The position numbers and the translations under genes are program-made. A stretch of 64,000 nucleotides of DNA from Chlorokybus atmophyticus (lineage: Eukaryota; Plantae; Mesostigma and Chlorokybus algae): assembly GCA_009103225.1 (NCBI GenBank), contig RHPI01002090.1:1287932-1351931 (forward strand), in the 5' to 3' direction. Below are positions 10,848 through 24,989 of this stretch, one piece after another. Each line of letters begins with the position of its first letter. The stretch's first letter is position 1. The notes below the pieces were generated by a model that worked only from the letters and a program-made list of their open reading frames with translations, was not told the DNA's origin and made no database searches.

Positions 10848-11804
10848 TCAGTAGAATGGTGCATAGTCCACTACAAAGCCCATGGCCTCTAGCAGCAGTC
10901 GACCTACATGCTCAGAGTCAGCAGGTGGAATTGCATTTCTTATTTCATGTTCTTCTTCCATCCATTCAACCTGCATTGCTGACTGCCATCGTGCAACCGT
11001 GCCACGACATGATGCCTAGCCATACACCGGGTGGATCTGCCTCTCTCCAGGTTGCAATTGCTTGCGCTGTTCCGGGTGGGTGGACAGCTCTCCAAGGGCA
11101 GAGTCAGCGTGGTTGCATCTCAAGTCTGAGCGCAGCGGGGGGTTCGTCTCAAAAATGCGATGCCGATACACGTCAAGGTTGAACATGCTGCCGCATAGCT
11201 TAAGGTGAGCAGTCATGTGCGTAGATGCCCCTGCTATGTTCTCTATGACCCATGGCTTGCCGCTCAACTGCACCCTTGTTCTCATGGGTGCAATTAGGTT
11301 GACGTGATCCCAGCAATCTCCGAAAGTGGCTCGTTGACAAGAAGAAATGGCACCACTGAGCGCTTGACATGGAGGACTCGCCCATAATGCATGGTATGGG
11401 GACAGGTCGGCGTCTAGTGCATCCAGCTGATTGAACTTGAATGGGTATAATGGTTGAGGCTTGTTGTCTATGCCCTCAACATCAAAACCTGCCCTGTACA
11501 GGCCCATGGCTACTCCACCCGCGCCGCAAAAAAGGTCCAGTGCACGAGGCCTGTAACGTCTGCCGCTTGGGTCGCATGGAGTTCGCGTTAAAAGAAGTGG
11601 CGATGGCTTGGGCCAAGGATTGAGCTCTCTCCCAGGCAAGTCCTGAAGTTTCAGGCAGGATTGACCCCCAACGCGAACCATCACTACCTGTATGTCCGGA
11701 ACAAGGCTTTGCATTGGGATCGCCGCAATGTTCCACTTTTTGATCAAGATGTGGTGCAGCCGTGGATCCTCATTGTAATCGTCGTACTGGACGGTATGTT
11801 TTCC
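10848..11804 (-). pseudogene. C5 cytosine DNA methyltransferase of prokaryote/phage type, one internal TAG
   Basis: Motif I DLFCGAGG, IV WASPPCQ (11364-11375), VI VIENI, VIII RHRIFETN. After TAG at 11016-11018 the frame continues ASCRGTVARWQSAMQVEWMEEEHEIRNAIPPADSEHVGRLL (motif X-like) to TGA at 10848. No intron in the catalytic part. Confidence 0.85.
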
Positions 11805-13152
11805 TATGCCACGGCAAGTGCTTAAATAAGTACACATATGTACATTATTGAAAAGATAATATTGTAAAGATATATTACATGTAATCACAATATATGTATA
11901 TAGCACATTTTATGGTCACGTCAGTAATTGATGACGTGGCATGAGGTTGTAGGTGCAAACCCTTATTCATAGCAAAATAATTCCCGTGAATGTAGACTTT
12001 ACTCCCTTCTTGGCATCCCGAGAATACCCCGGTCAGTGGAATGACAAGCTTCAAGATAAACGATGATTCGTATTACGGTAGAGGACTGTACTTCTCACCA
12101 ACACTACAACTGAGATAACACTGCCCGCAATTACGACGACTACCATCCTACTTTGATAAAAGATGATTTGGAGTCCGATACCCAATGCACCGTACTGTCA
12201 GTTGATGGCACGGTCCCCCCCGTGTATTACCAAGCCAGCGGACAAGCATGTGGTGCGTGCGTAGCAGGTAGCTAGCACGTAGCACGACTGCGACTTCAAG
12301 TAGGTAACAGCAGCGTGGTTACCTAACACGTACACCAATACAGCCACGGCTCCGCGGCTCGTCCATGCATGGGCCGCGGGTGGTGTGTCCCCGCAAAGCA
12401 GACGTGAACTGTCAACAGGTTGCAATACCGTTAGCGAGAGACGGGCTTGCTCCTGTGACATGACCCCATGTCTCGAAAACGACGCATTGCACAGTGGCAC
12501 CGTCACGTTACTGACGTCACGACAACAACCGGTGTAGGGTGTTCATCCTAGGTGGTTCTGGTGGTTCTTTGCTTGTCATGCTAGCATTCCTCGCACACTC
12601 CGTTCTTGAACGGACACAACCTCGGCTTGCCAAGCAGCCCGGCGGCAATACAGCACATATGCCTATGGTGGTAGCCTACCCTTAGGCGGCATGTTTGCTG
12701 TCACGTAGGTAGGCACGTAGCCCTGTCCCCCGCCTGCCAGCCTAGGCAGTGCTCCTCTAGGTGTATGCACGGAACATTGCACGTTGCTGACACGCGCGCA
12801 AAAATGGCAGAGGAGATGTTTTATTTTAATACATATGTTCGCAACATCCGTCTAGCATCCTCTCAAGCTCCGTCGCTATCCTCTTGGTGTAGTCTTCGGG
12901 CCGCGGAAGTGCGTATGTAAGCAAGCATAAGTGAGAGCTTCACCGTAACATCTTGTGTGTGAGTGAGACGCCTTGCAGCTGCGTGTGGAGAGCACAGGTG
13001 AGTTGTCGGGAAGAAGTTGTGACGTGCAGATTGCTGTTGGCACTGTTGGCACTGTGAGTCATGGCTGTGTACTCGTCTCATGCTGACAATGACTGTATTG
13101 TGTAGGACCAACTGGCAGCAAGCCCATGCACACAACGCCTTCTTCCTCAACC

Positions 13153-15956
<2,804 letters not shown>

Positions 15957-16439
15957 GTTTGTGTGTGTGGAGAAAGAGGAGAGCGACAATGGCCAAAGGA
16001 CAGCATGCAGTTGTGATTGTCATCACTACAATCCATGGGAAGACACGCGCTGTGGATTTGTTGTGTCCACGAGTTGTGGTAGTTGGTAGGCAAGCAAGGC
16101 TTTATATAGGCAGGCGCGTTTTGTTGTGCAGGAGTGGGGTGACTTGAGTATGGACCCTGTACATTGTAAGCGTCATGAATAAAGAATAAGTAACTTGCTG
16201 TTTAAATTGAATTTATTGGGCTGACAGCAACGACAACTCGAGCGTACACATGCACATGCACGCACAATTGCTCTCTCACGCCCATGTAGCCAGCTGTGAG
16301 AAAGTGAGCGCACGCGCGTGCGTGCATGTGTGTGGCCATGGAAACGGGGGGTGGGTACAAGTGGCTGTCGCACTTGCAATGCTGTTAATACTGTTAGCTG
16401 TTGTGCGGGGCCAAACACGTAGGAAGGAAAGGGGGGAGG

Positions 16440-17062
16440 NNNNNNNNNNNNNNNNNNNNNNNNNNNNNNNNNNNNNNNNNNNNNNNNNNNNNNNNNNNNN
16501 NNNNNNNNNNNNNNNNNNNNNNNNNNNNNNNNNNNNNNNNNNNNNNNNNNNNNNNNNNNNNNNNNNNNNNNNNNNNNNNNNNNNNNNNNNNNNNNNNNNN
16601 NNNNNNNNNNNNNNNNNNNNNNNNNNNNNNNNNNNNNNNNNNNNNNNNNNNNNNNNNNNNNNNNNNNNNNNNNNNNNNNNNNNNNNNNNNNNNNNNNNNN
16701 NNNNNNNNNNNNNNNNNNNNNNNNNNNNNNNNNNNNNNNNNNNNNNNNNNNNNNNNNNNNNNNNNNNNNNNNNNNNNNNNNNNNNNNNNNNNNNNNNNNN
16801 NNNNNNNNNNNNNNNNNNNNNNNNNNNNNNNNNNNNNNNNNNNNNNNNNNNNNNNNNNNNNNNNNNNNNNNNNNNNNNNNNNNNNNNNNNNNNNNNNNNN
16901 NNNNNNNNNNNNNNNNNNNNNNNNNNNNNNNNNNNNNNNNNNNNNNNNNNNNNNNNNNNNNNNNNNNNNNNNNNNNNNNNNNNNNNNNNNNNNNNNNNNN
17001 NNNNNNNNNNNNNNNNNNNNNNNNNNNNNNNNNNNNNNNNNNNNNNNNNNNNNNNNNNNNNN
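16440..17062. other. Assembly gap (623 N) flanked by G-runs
   Basis: N run with gggggagg before and ggggcggggg after. Confidence 1.
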
Positions 17063-18903
17063 GGGGGCGGGGGCGTGCAATACATCCGCCTTGATGCTTA
17101 CTCACTCGCCTCCTCCTCCTGACAAGAAAGTCACTTCATATTAAGTGAATGCACCGCATGATATTGCTGCACGCGGGGGCATTGCTTTTCGAGCACTTCC
17201 ATATAGGGAAAACTTTCCCTACATGACTTGCGAACTCTTAGTATGTATAACATGACGGAACACAAGCAAATGTGTCCGTTAACATGCATGTAATATCATA
17301 TGTTAATGCACATACGTATACATGTATAACAGCACCGTGTGCACAACCACCTCATAGCAACGACTACCACAAGCAGGGGCTGGCCCAGGCCCTTAAGTTC
17401 CAAAAACCTTGGACAAAGGGTCTCGGCCAGCCCGAAATTATTGCACTTTGTGTGACACGGGCAAGGTGTACAATTGTTGCAAATTGCCCAGAACTCTGCC
17501 TTTGTGTAATACAGCGTTGCCAAGTGATGACGCAAAGTGCAGTACCACAATCAGCATATGTTGGCGAGCTGCTGCAGCTCTCCGCACCCACACCCACATA
17601 AGCACGCAAAGCCTTGATATATTTGCTCAACAAACAGGGTGCCGCTACCATATGAGGAGCCTCATGTCCCATGCCATACGGGACAGTGTTTCATAACCAC
17701 ATATGTGACATTCCTCGACTCATTTACTTATGCCGCTTTGCTATTAATAAGACTATCACGTGTGTTACATGTTTTAATCGCCGCAAATGCATGCTGCATG
17801 CAACGGGTCACATAGTAATCTCATGCAGCAGGTTCCCAATGAATTAGTTATCGGCACAAGCCGGCGATTGTGCCAATGGTTAAAACAATCTCACCAAGCT
17901 GTGGACCCGAACGGTGCTTTGAATGCATATGATTGTATGCATATGCGTTGGATCAAACATGTGGCTGTCAACACTGCTCTTTCTTATAAGTTACAAAACA
18001 AAGCTGCTTATAGTTTTATACAACCGTAACATACAACCTTAACCAGTTGGCTACGGTCGCGAATATGAGATCGTAGGAGGAGCCATATATCTCGTAATCT
18101 TATATGTCGCAATTGTTTGTAATGCCACGCTTTTTAGTATGACACCATCATACTGGCTTTTATTATAACGCTCTTGCTGCATAGTCACTATGTATACGTA
18201 ATGGCTAATACATTGGTATGCGGAGCATGCAATGCATTCAACCATACTGCATGCATTTGAGTGGGTTGTGTCGTAAATGCAACATAAGAGATTTTCGCAA
18301 TTTGCATGTTTTTTTAATTCATATAGATGCAAATAATGCTTTGTGCTTTTGTAGTACGCGCACGTGTGAAATCCGCGCACATGATCAATGGCACGTCATG
18401 AGCCACTTGCATGTTGTGATTAATGGCGGATGGCGGGTTGCCGACACGCCTAGCACACACCACCATTGGCTTCAACACTTTGATAACTGCTACTTATAAC
18501 ATTGAAAACGTGCCATAATATGCACATATTCAGTTCATGCACATTTATTAAGTGCATATAAATACATTTTTACAAAATGCATACATCATGCACTTACGCT
18601 TGATCTACATGCATGGGTATGATGTGGCTATGTAAACTCAACTTTGACCGTGGTCTATTTCTAAATAATGAATTGTACTTATCTAAGAAGTGCATGGACA
18701 CATAAAAATTAGGCATCTTGTACCATGCACTTCATCCATGTGAATGCCGTTAAGCGCAGAGGTGTTAGCCTTGAGTTTCACACGTCCATAGGACGTCAGC
18801 GGCGGCCAGATTGTATGCACTTGTACGCTCTCATCGAGGTAGGACTGCAGGTCCGATAACGTTATGTCAAGAGTTAGTTCCCGCATGTAATAACCATATG
18901 CAG

Positions 18904-20412
18904 GGTCTATGAAGTCCCACGACAAGCACAACCTATGGTCTGTTGTCTTTCAGTACGTCTTGCATTGTGCACGAGGGATAGGAGCTGAGCAAAAGGCCAC
19001 CATAAACAAGCTTTGTGAAGTCTATCAACGACTCACGGCTTTTGAAGTTGAACAATCCCAACTGGAAGAATTGCGTGTGAGTATGTCAGCAACCATGCCT
19101 TCTGGGTCTGTGTGTTGCATCTTGGCGCATGCATAGTTGACATCGTTTGTCAAAGCAGTTGATGGTGTGGGAGGTGCAGTGCGAGGTGGAGCTTTACTTC
19201 CCACACACGTGTCTCACCAGCATGCTACATTTATTGGGTCACTTGGCGGACCAATGCATGTGGTTGGAACCTGTTCGAGACCACTGGGAGTGGGCTTATG
19301 AGAGGCTTATCAACTTTGTGAAAAAGAAGGGTTTGGCGCGCCAAGCCATTGAAGCCAGCACTTGCAGGAGGTGAGTCACTGACTGAGTGAGGTGAGTCAC
19401 TGACTGATACCTACATGAATGACAAAGTGCATGCTAACGTCTGCTTGTGAACAGGTATGCCATCCACACAATGGTTAACACGCAGATGAATCACCTGCAG
19501 ACAGTGTTCCCAACTATCACCTTGAGGTCAGAAAAGCAGCGGCAAGATGACGATTTCAGATTGCTTGGTGCAAAGCGTATCGTGTGGTTCGGGGCCAAGA
19601 GCAAGTTGCGCCAGCAGCTGGAGCACTGGCTGGCGGAGAATGACGAACAGTTCAACAGGCTGAAAAGGTGAGCTTGTGAGTCTGCTTGCCAAAAGGAGTG
19701 TCGAGTGAGTTTAATATGCTGTGGATTTTCAGCTCACATATGAATGTTGCAAAGAATTTGAAGCTTGCAAGGCGAAGCAGCGACAGCAAAACAGCAGAGC
19801 CAAGAGGGCAGGCCAAGAAGCCAACGAGGAAAACCTCAACAATGACATTTGTAAATGGTGGCCAAGTTGACCTCTGACCGATCATGAAGAGAGTCTTTTA
19901 AAACTGCCCAGCCAGCTGTTGCGTTACAAGCGTGCCGTATACAAGAACATTGGCCAGTTCAGAGCAGAGAGTATGGAATCATGCATGGAGACCATGGATT
20001 GTGGAGTCTTTACCATTGGCTATGCTGAGTGTGCAAGCCCAGCAGAAGCAATGACCTGGTACGGGCGCGTGCAGTCGTTTGATGTGGTATGCATCGCCGG
20101 TAATGAGCATCATTTGGTGAGAGCCAAGTGGTACAACCCTTCGGCTGTCAAGTTTCGTGACGGCTTCCCTTTGGTGGATTGGCGGAAGCCGTTTTACACA
20201 AAGTCAACTTACATCTCGTGTGATCAGGTGGGATGTGTGTGAAGCAGATTGCACAGTGCCTTCTTAATCTCAATCACTTAAATATGCAACACATGACCAG
20301 GTTCGTGGGCAGTGGTTTGAAGGCGTAGATGTAAAAAACAAACACGTCATTGTTGTGTTGACCAAAGACCGCCGAAGTCATCATGCGCAGGGGGGTCAAG
20401 CGCCCTCGTTCG
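18904..20412 (+). pseudogene. CACTA/EnSpm TnpD-like transposase, C-terminal half (DUF4218 + DUF4216-like), spliced and disabled
   Basis: MKSHDKH...VELYFPHTCLTSMLHLLGHLADQCMWLEPVRDHWEWAYER matches the KSHD..H / EMYFP..FF..M.HL..HL....GPV..RWM...ER pattern. TWYGRVQSFDVV...LVRAKWY...YISCDQVRGQWF is DUF4216-like. TGA at ~19868 and a frameshift at ~19918. Confidence 0.85.
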
Positions 20413-20622
20413 GTAAGCACATGCTGCACACGCACTGCGGTTTTATTGACACAGGATAACACAATCTTGTCGATCTGGTAGGGACCTGGAGAGTCCAACG
20501 GGCAAAGCGATCGGTCGTGGTCCACGCTCCGCGCATGGCATTGGGAGTACAAAAGGTGTCCTCCTTGTTGTGCTGTGCTGTGCAACAACTTCCACCACAC
20601 ACACACTTTACGTGTTTTGGTA

Positions 20623-22140
20623 GGGTGCAAGCTAACTTTGAAGCTGAAGCTGTTTACAAGGATGAAGCTGAAGACTGCTGCTTTGTTTGCAAAGATGGTG
20701 GTCATGTTGTCTGCTGTGACAAGCAAGGTTGCCTCAAGAGCTACCACCCCCGCTGCTTGGAGAAACCACTGCCAAAAGACGAGGCCGAATGGGAATGCCC
20801 AAGGCACAGGTAGGCCAATTTTGACAATTAAACTCACATTGTGTGAACCTCATGACGTTGTGGATTTTACCGTGCATTTTCCAATGCAGCTGCTACAACT
20901 GTGAGCTCCCGGCGGTGCAGCGCTGCGCAACTTGCCCAGTCAGCTCCTGCAAGAAGCATTCAACTGGTCGCACGAAACTCGTTACATGTATGCGCTGTGC
21001 TGCGTTGGAGGAGGGTGGTGCACCTGTTAAGATGCCAAGGCGTCTGCGGAGGAATGAAGGGAAGGAGGGTGTTGCAGATGATGTTCCCAAAGTCAGTCAA
21101 TTGCAAGCGGATGAGAGTGATGCCCGCACGCAGGCACCTGCCCACAGTGGACAAGGTGTGTATGTGTTATATTTGCTTGCTGTTTGTGTACTTATGCATA
21201 GTCACATAGTGCTAACCAACAATGCGTGTGCGCAGAGGTTGACGCAAAGGTGATTGATATGGTTACGGATGAAGACATGGATGAGGCTGCGCTTAGCGAA
21301 GACAACAACTTGGGTGATGGCGGTGCTGAGGATATGGTGACAGGCCCTTTGGTGCTCGACACCTTTTACTATCCTGCAGCAGGTGATTCTCGGGTGCCAA
21401 TTACTGAACACGACATCGCAACGCTGCAGCCCGGTGAATGGCTCAACGATACCATCATCAATTTTTACTGCAGGTAACTTAATTGCTTGCACTTTCCAAG
21501 CTTACATCTGATTTGGAGAATAATCAACTAACACAGAATCACTACTTCATGCAATGGTAGGTACTTGCAAGAAGAATGTTTGGATAGGCGACGAGATCAA
21601 GTGGTCATGCTATCGCCCTTCTTTTACAGCTTAGCAGCTGAGAGCATCCAGCATGTTGCGGGCTGGTCATGGTTGCAGGACCCCTTCAGCTTCAACTACC
21701 TTGTGGCACCCGTCAACCAAAGGCAATCATCGCGTGCTCGTAAAATCACAGTTTGCATGCCTTGCAGTGCATTTGGAACATCTATTCATGACAGCAATTG
21801 TTGGCAGTGTGCATTGGTCGATGGTGATTGTGTGCAACCCTGGTGGTGAGCCCGGCAGCGACACGCCTCCTTTCCTTCTGCATCTTGACTCAAAGCCCGG
21901 ATTCAATGTAAACGTGGATGGGCCGTTCAGGGCATGGCTGGAGTTCATGTGGCAGCGCGTGCGGCGTACAAGCCCTGGTGATCGCTTCTCACTGGTCAAC
22001 ATGCTATTGATAACACCCAAAGTGAGTGTCTGCACACTGTGCTGTGTTGCTACAAGAAGGATTGCACTGACTAATGCCTGCAACCATTAGCGCAGGTGCC
22101 ACAGCAGCGGAATGAATCAGAAATGTGGTGTTTTTTGCCT
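20623..22140 (+). pseudogene. PHD finger (NSD-type PHD plus C5HCH-like) fused to Ulp1/peptidase C48 SUMO protease, frameshifted at the catalytic Cys
   Basis: [26 protein letters not shown]...WECPRHSCYNC...CATCPVSSCKKH; DIATLQPGEWLNDTIINFY, PVNQSVHWSMV, LHLDS, VPQQRNESE+1nt+CGVFL (TGT at 22124). Exon phases are consistent across introns. Confidence 0.85.
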
Positions 22141-22499
22141 TGCACAACGTATAGTTAGTTGCGCAAGCTGTTAGGGATGGTCCTGTCTCACCCACGTCAC
22201 CTATTGTGCAACAGGTGAGGATACACTGACTTTCTTTAATAGCAGCCATTCTCACTAACACGTGGTTGTTTTCGCAAATGCATCGCAAGTGGTTTCCAGT
22301 GAGGGATGCCATTGAGAGGAGCGATTGTGCAATTGCTGGAGAGGCTTAGAGCTGGAGGGTAGTTGAGTGCCTTGTCTCTAATTGGCTTGTTTTGTATGTT
22401 GTCACAGCCTGCATTGCTGGCTTGAACTAGAGGAACTTTGTGCAACCTAAATACAGAGTTTATGTACTTCATTGCATGTGGGTGTAGCAGCAATCAACT

Positions 22500-23278
22500 T
22501 GGTACTGCAGCCATAACATTTGGGACTTAGACCAATTCACATAACAGCACTGGGTGACAATTTACAAGTTGTGAAAGTAGCCACAACATTTGGGACTTAG
22601 CAAAAAACACACAACGACACTAGGTGTAAGGTTGGACACAGTTGTGGATGTGGTCATAAGAGTTGGAAATCAGCAAGAAACACACAAAGACACTAGGTGT
22701 AAGGCTGAACGAAGTTATGGATGCGGTCATAACATTTAGAGCTAGGGCAAGTGATAAAGAAGCAGGTAACTGTTTATGCCTTGAGTGTGAATTTTGTTCC
22801 GCATAGGGCCACAACTTGATTGGACCCTTTGCCAGCTCGTCAAATTAAACTGGAGCTGGTCCCAACTTGCTTAGGGATTAGAAAAAATTGTGTTGTAAGA
22901 TCACTGTTGCGGAGTTAACCAAGAGAGTATTGTGACTGCAACTCAAAAGTATTATCAAGTTCAAGTCACAATCTTGTTAGGGCCTTTCATCATAGGTCAC
23001 AAAAGCTGGAGGAGGTCACAACTTTATTAGGGATCTATATAGTACAGAGCATCAACAGAGGTTAATGGCAGTTTGTTCAAGACATAGCCACAACTTAATT
23101 GTGGATCTATTCGCAAGGAAGTGTCAACGAAAAAGCGCTTTTGTGACAGGCACGAACCGGATTAAGGATGTAGCCACACGTTATTTAGAGATCTTGCCGA
23201 TCCCCAACAAACTTTGCACAAAATCACAAACAAAGTTGTGGATCCAGCCTGACATGCCGTAACCCATTTCTACCGGTG
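22500..23278. repeat. Right subterminal repeat array and right TIR (23264-23278), followed by TSD GAA (23279-23281)
   Basis: Multiple CACAAC(A/T)TT and AGTTGTG motifs in both orientations, duplicated gcca(c/t)aacatttgggacttag, TIR CCATTTCTACCGGTG. Confidence 0.8.
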
Positions 23279-24153
23279 GAAGGGCAATCAGGTGCGCTGC
23301 TGCGCACTACACGACAAGACATGCACAAGCACACAAGCACATACCTGACGCCGCCGCTGCCGCCGCCACTGCCACCGCCACCGTCACCGCCACCGCCGCC
23401 GCCGCCGCAGCAACACAATGTTGTGTGCATTAACGCTCAACTGCGCAAGTCAACTTGCACAGTTGAGCGTTGTGTTGCGGCTTAGCGCTTGAATTCACAA
23501 GGGGCCGTTGAGTTTGAAAACTCAACGGCTTCCCTTATGACACCATCGTACCAATACGATGGTACTCATGTACCATCGTAATGGTAAAAAAGTACTAAAA
23601 CAATGGTACCATTGTTTTAGTACTTTGTAATGATACTGCTATACCATATCGATGGTACGATCAGACCATTGTCTTCAGATGAAACTTCCATCGTATCATA
23701 TATCGGTACTTGTCCCAAATCACCGCCACCGTTTGTCCCTAAGTTGGGACTGATAAGTCACTTGCTTGCCATTTTTGATACATCACCGTCGCAAAATGCT
23801 ATACGACCGGCGGTCGGTCGTATTAACTACGTAAATATTCCGTATCATTTGCCGAAATTAGGGGACTGAGAGGTGATTTTATTGCCATAACAGGTAGGTC
23901 GCCGCCGCGGGTGCTGTACGACCGGCGGTCGGCCATCGACCGAAAAAAAATTACAAGCAGATCATGACAGGCAGGCAGCAGTTCATTATATTGTACGATA
24001 GGCCATCGGCCGTTGATTGTTGTCCACAGTATACACCGGCAATCCAGTCAGTCCCTTTATGGCCCAAGTCGTCAGGGTTAGGTACGGTTAGGTAGGGTCA
24101 GACACTCGTCAGTCCCTCAGTCCCTGGTCAGTCACCGTGTAAAATTTGCAACG
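23279..24153 (+). repeat. Copy A of a ~1-kb hairpin-rich repeat (continues from 1-60; interrupted by the giant CACTA element)
   Basis: Collinear, diverged match to 30622-31485; hairpins at 23432-23471 and 23504-23529; 38-bp perfect palindrome at 23589-23626. Confidence 0.9.
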
Positions 24154-24989
24154 CAAGTAAGTCACTTTTATTGCACAATCTTTTACTTAGATATCACAAT
24201 CTTTTACTTAAATATCACACCACTTACATGCATACAACGTCTATATCTCTATAAAAACAACGCACTTTTAAAACATCCGCACCCGCACCCGCACTGCTTT
24301 ACAGAGAGAATCCCCCATCCGTCCCTTCAGCTCATTTGCTGTCTCCCTGCCGCCCGGCTTGATGCGTCTGCGCATGTACCTGCACTATCCAATGTGCAGG
24401 TGCTGTGCGATCCCTTGCAGTCTTAATGTGTGTGGTTTTGACGCTCGTTGGACTTTGGCAGGCCCGCCTTCATGTTTCTTCCGCGGTAGAGACAATTCCA
24501 ATAGAAAGTCCGCTGGTATGAAGGCTGCCTCCGAGTCTCCTCCGATGTCAATAATGCCGCCGACACAATAGGGATGTTATCATTCATGGTGTTTCTCAAC
24601 TTGCTGATCTCTGCAATAATTTGCTTTGGACTAAACTCTCACGCAAGACAAGCCAGCACTCCGCTACCACACCTCCGCCAGCACCGCCAAAGTTACCTTA
24701 GGCACACCAAACATCAAGCTGGCGGCGTCACAGGCGACCACATAGGCCGCTCTATCAAATCCTCGGTCACACAGACACTAAAAGTTCATTGACTTGGACG
24801 TTTTTGCTGTCAGATTTCGGCAGTGTTTGGTTCGTTCGCGTGTGCGTCGTACACAGTTTAACTTCGGCACTGGTTATTGCTTAGCATTAAATTGCGTGCT
24901 GTAGACTCTCGTGCTAGACTACTGTGTGAGCCTTTTGCCACCTAGATGCTCAGGTGCTTTGTGCATAGTGTAACAATGGTAACCGCGTG

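Noticed and set aside
16173-17144. Five long ORFs in the track
   Set aside because: Artefacts of translating the N gap.
17296-17550. AWS/pre-SET-like Cys pattern (CNNCTPCPCHTKCNN...FLELKGLG) on the minus strand
   Set aside because: No SET motifs follow, an upstream stop is present, and Cys-rich frames arise easily in TG/CA-rich DNA.
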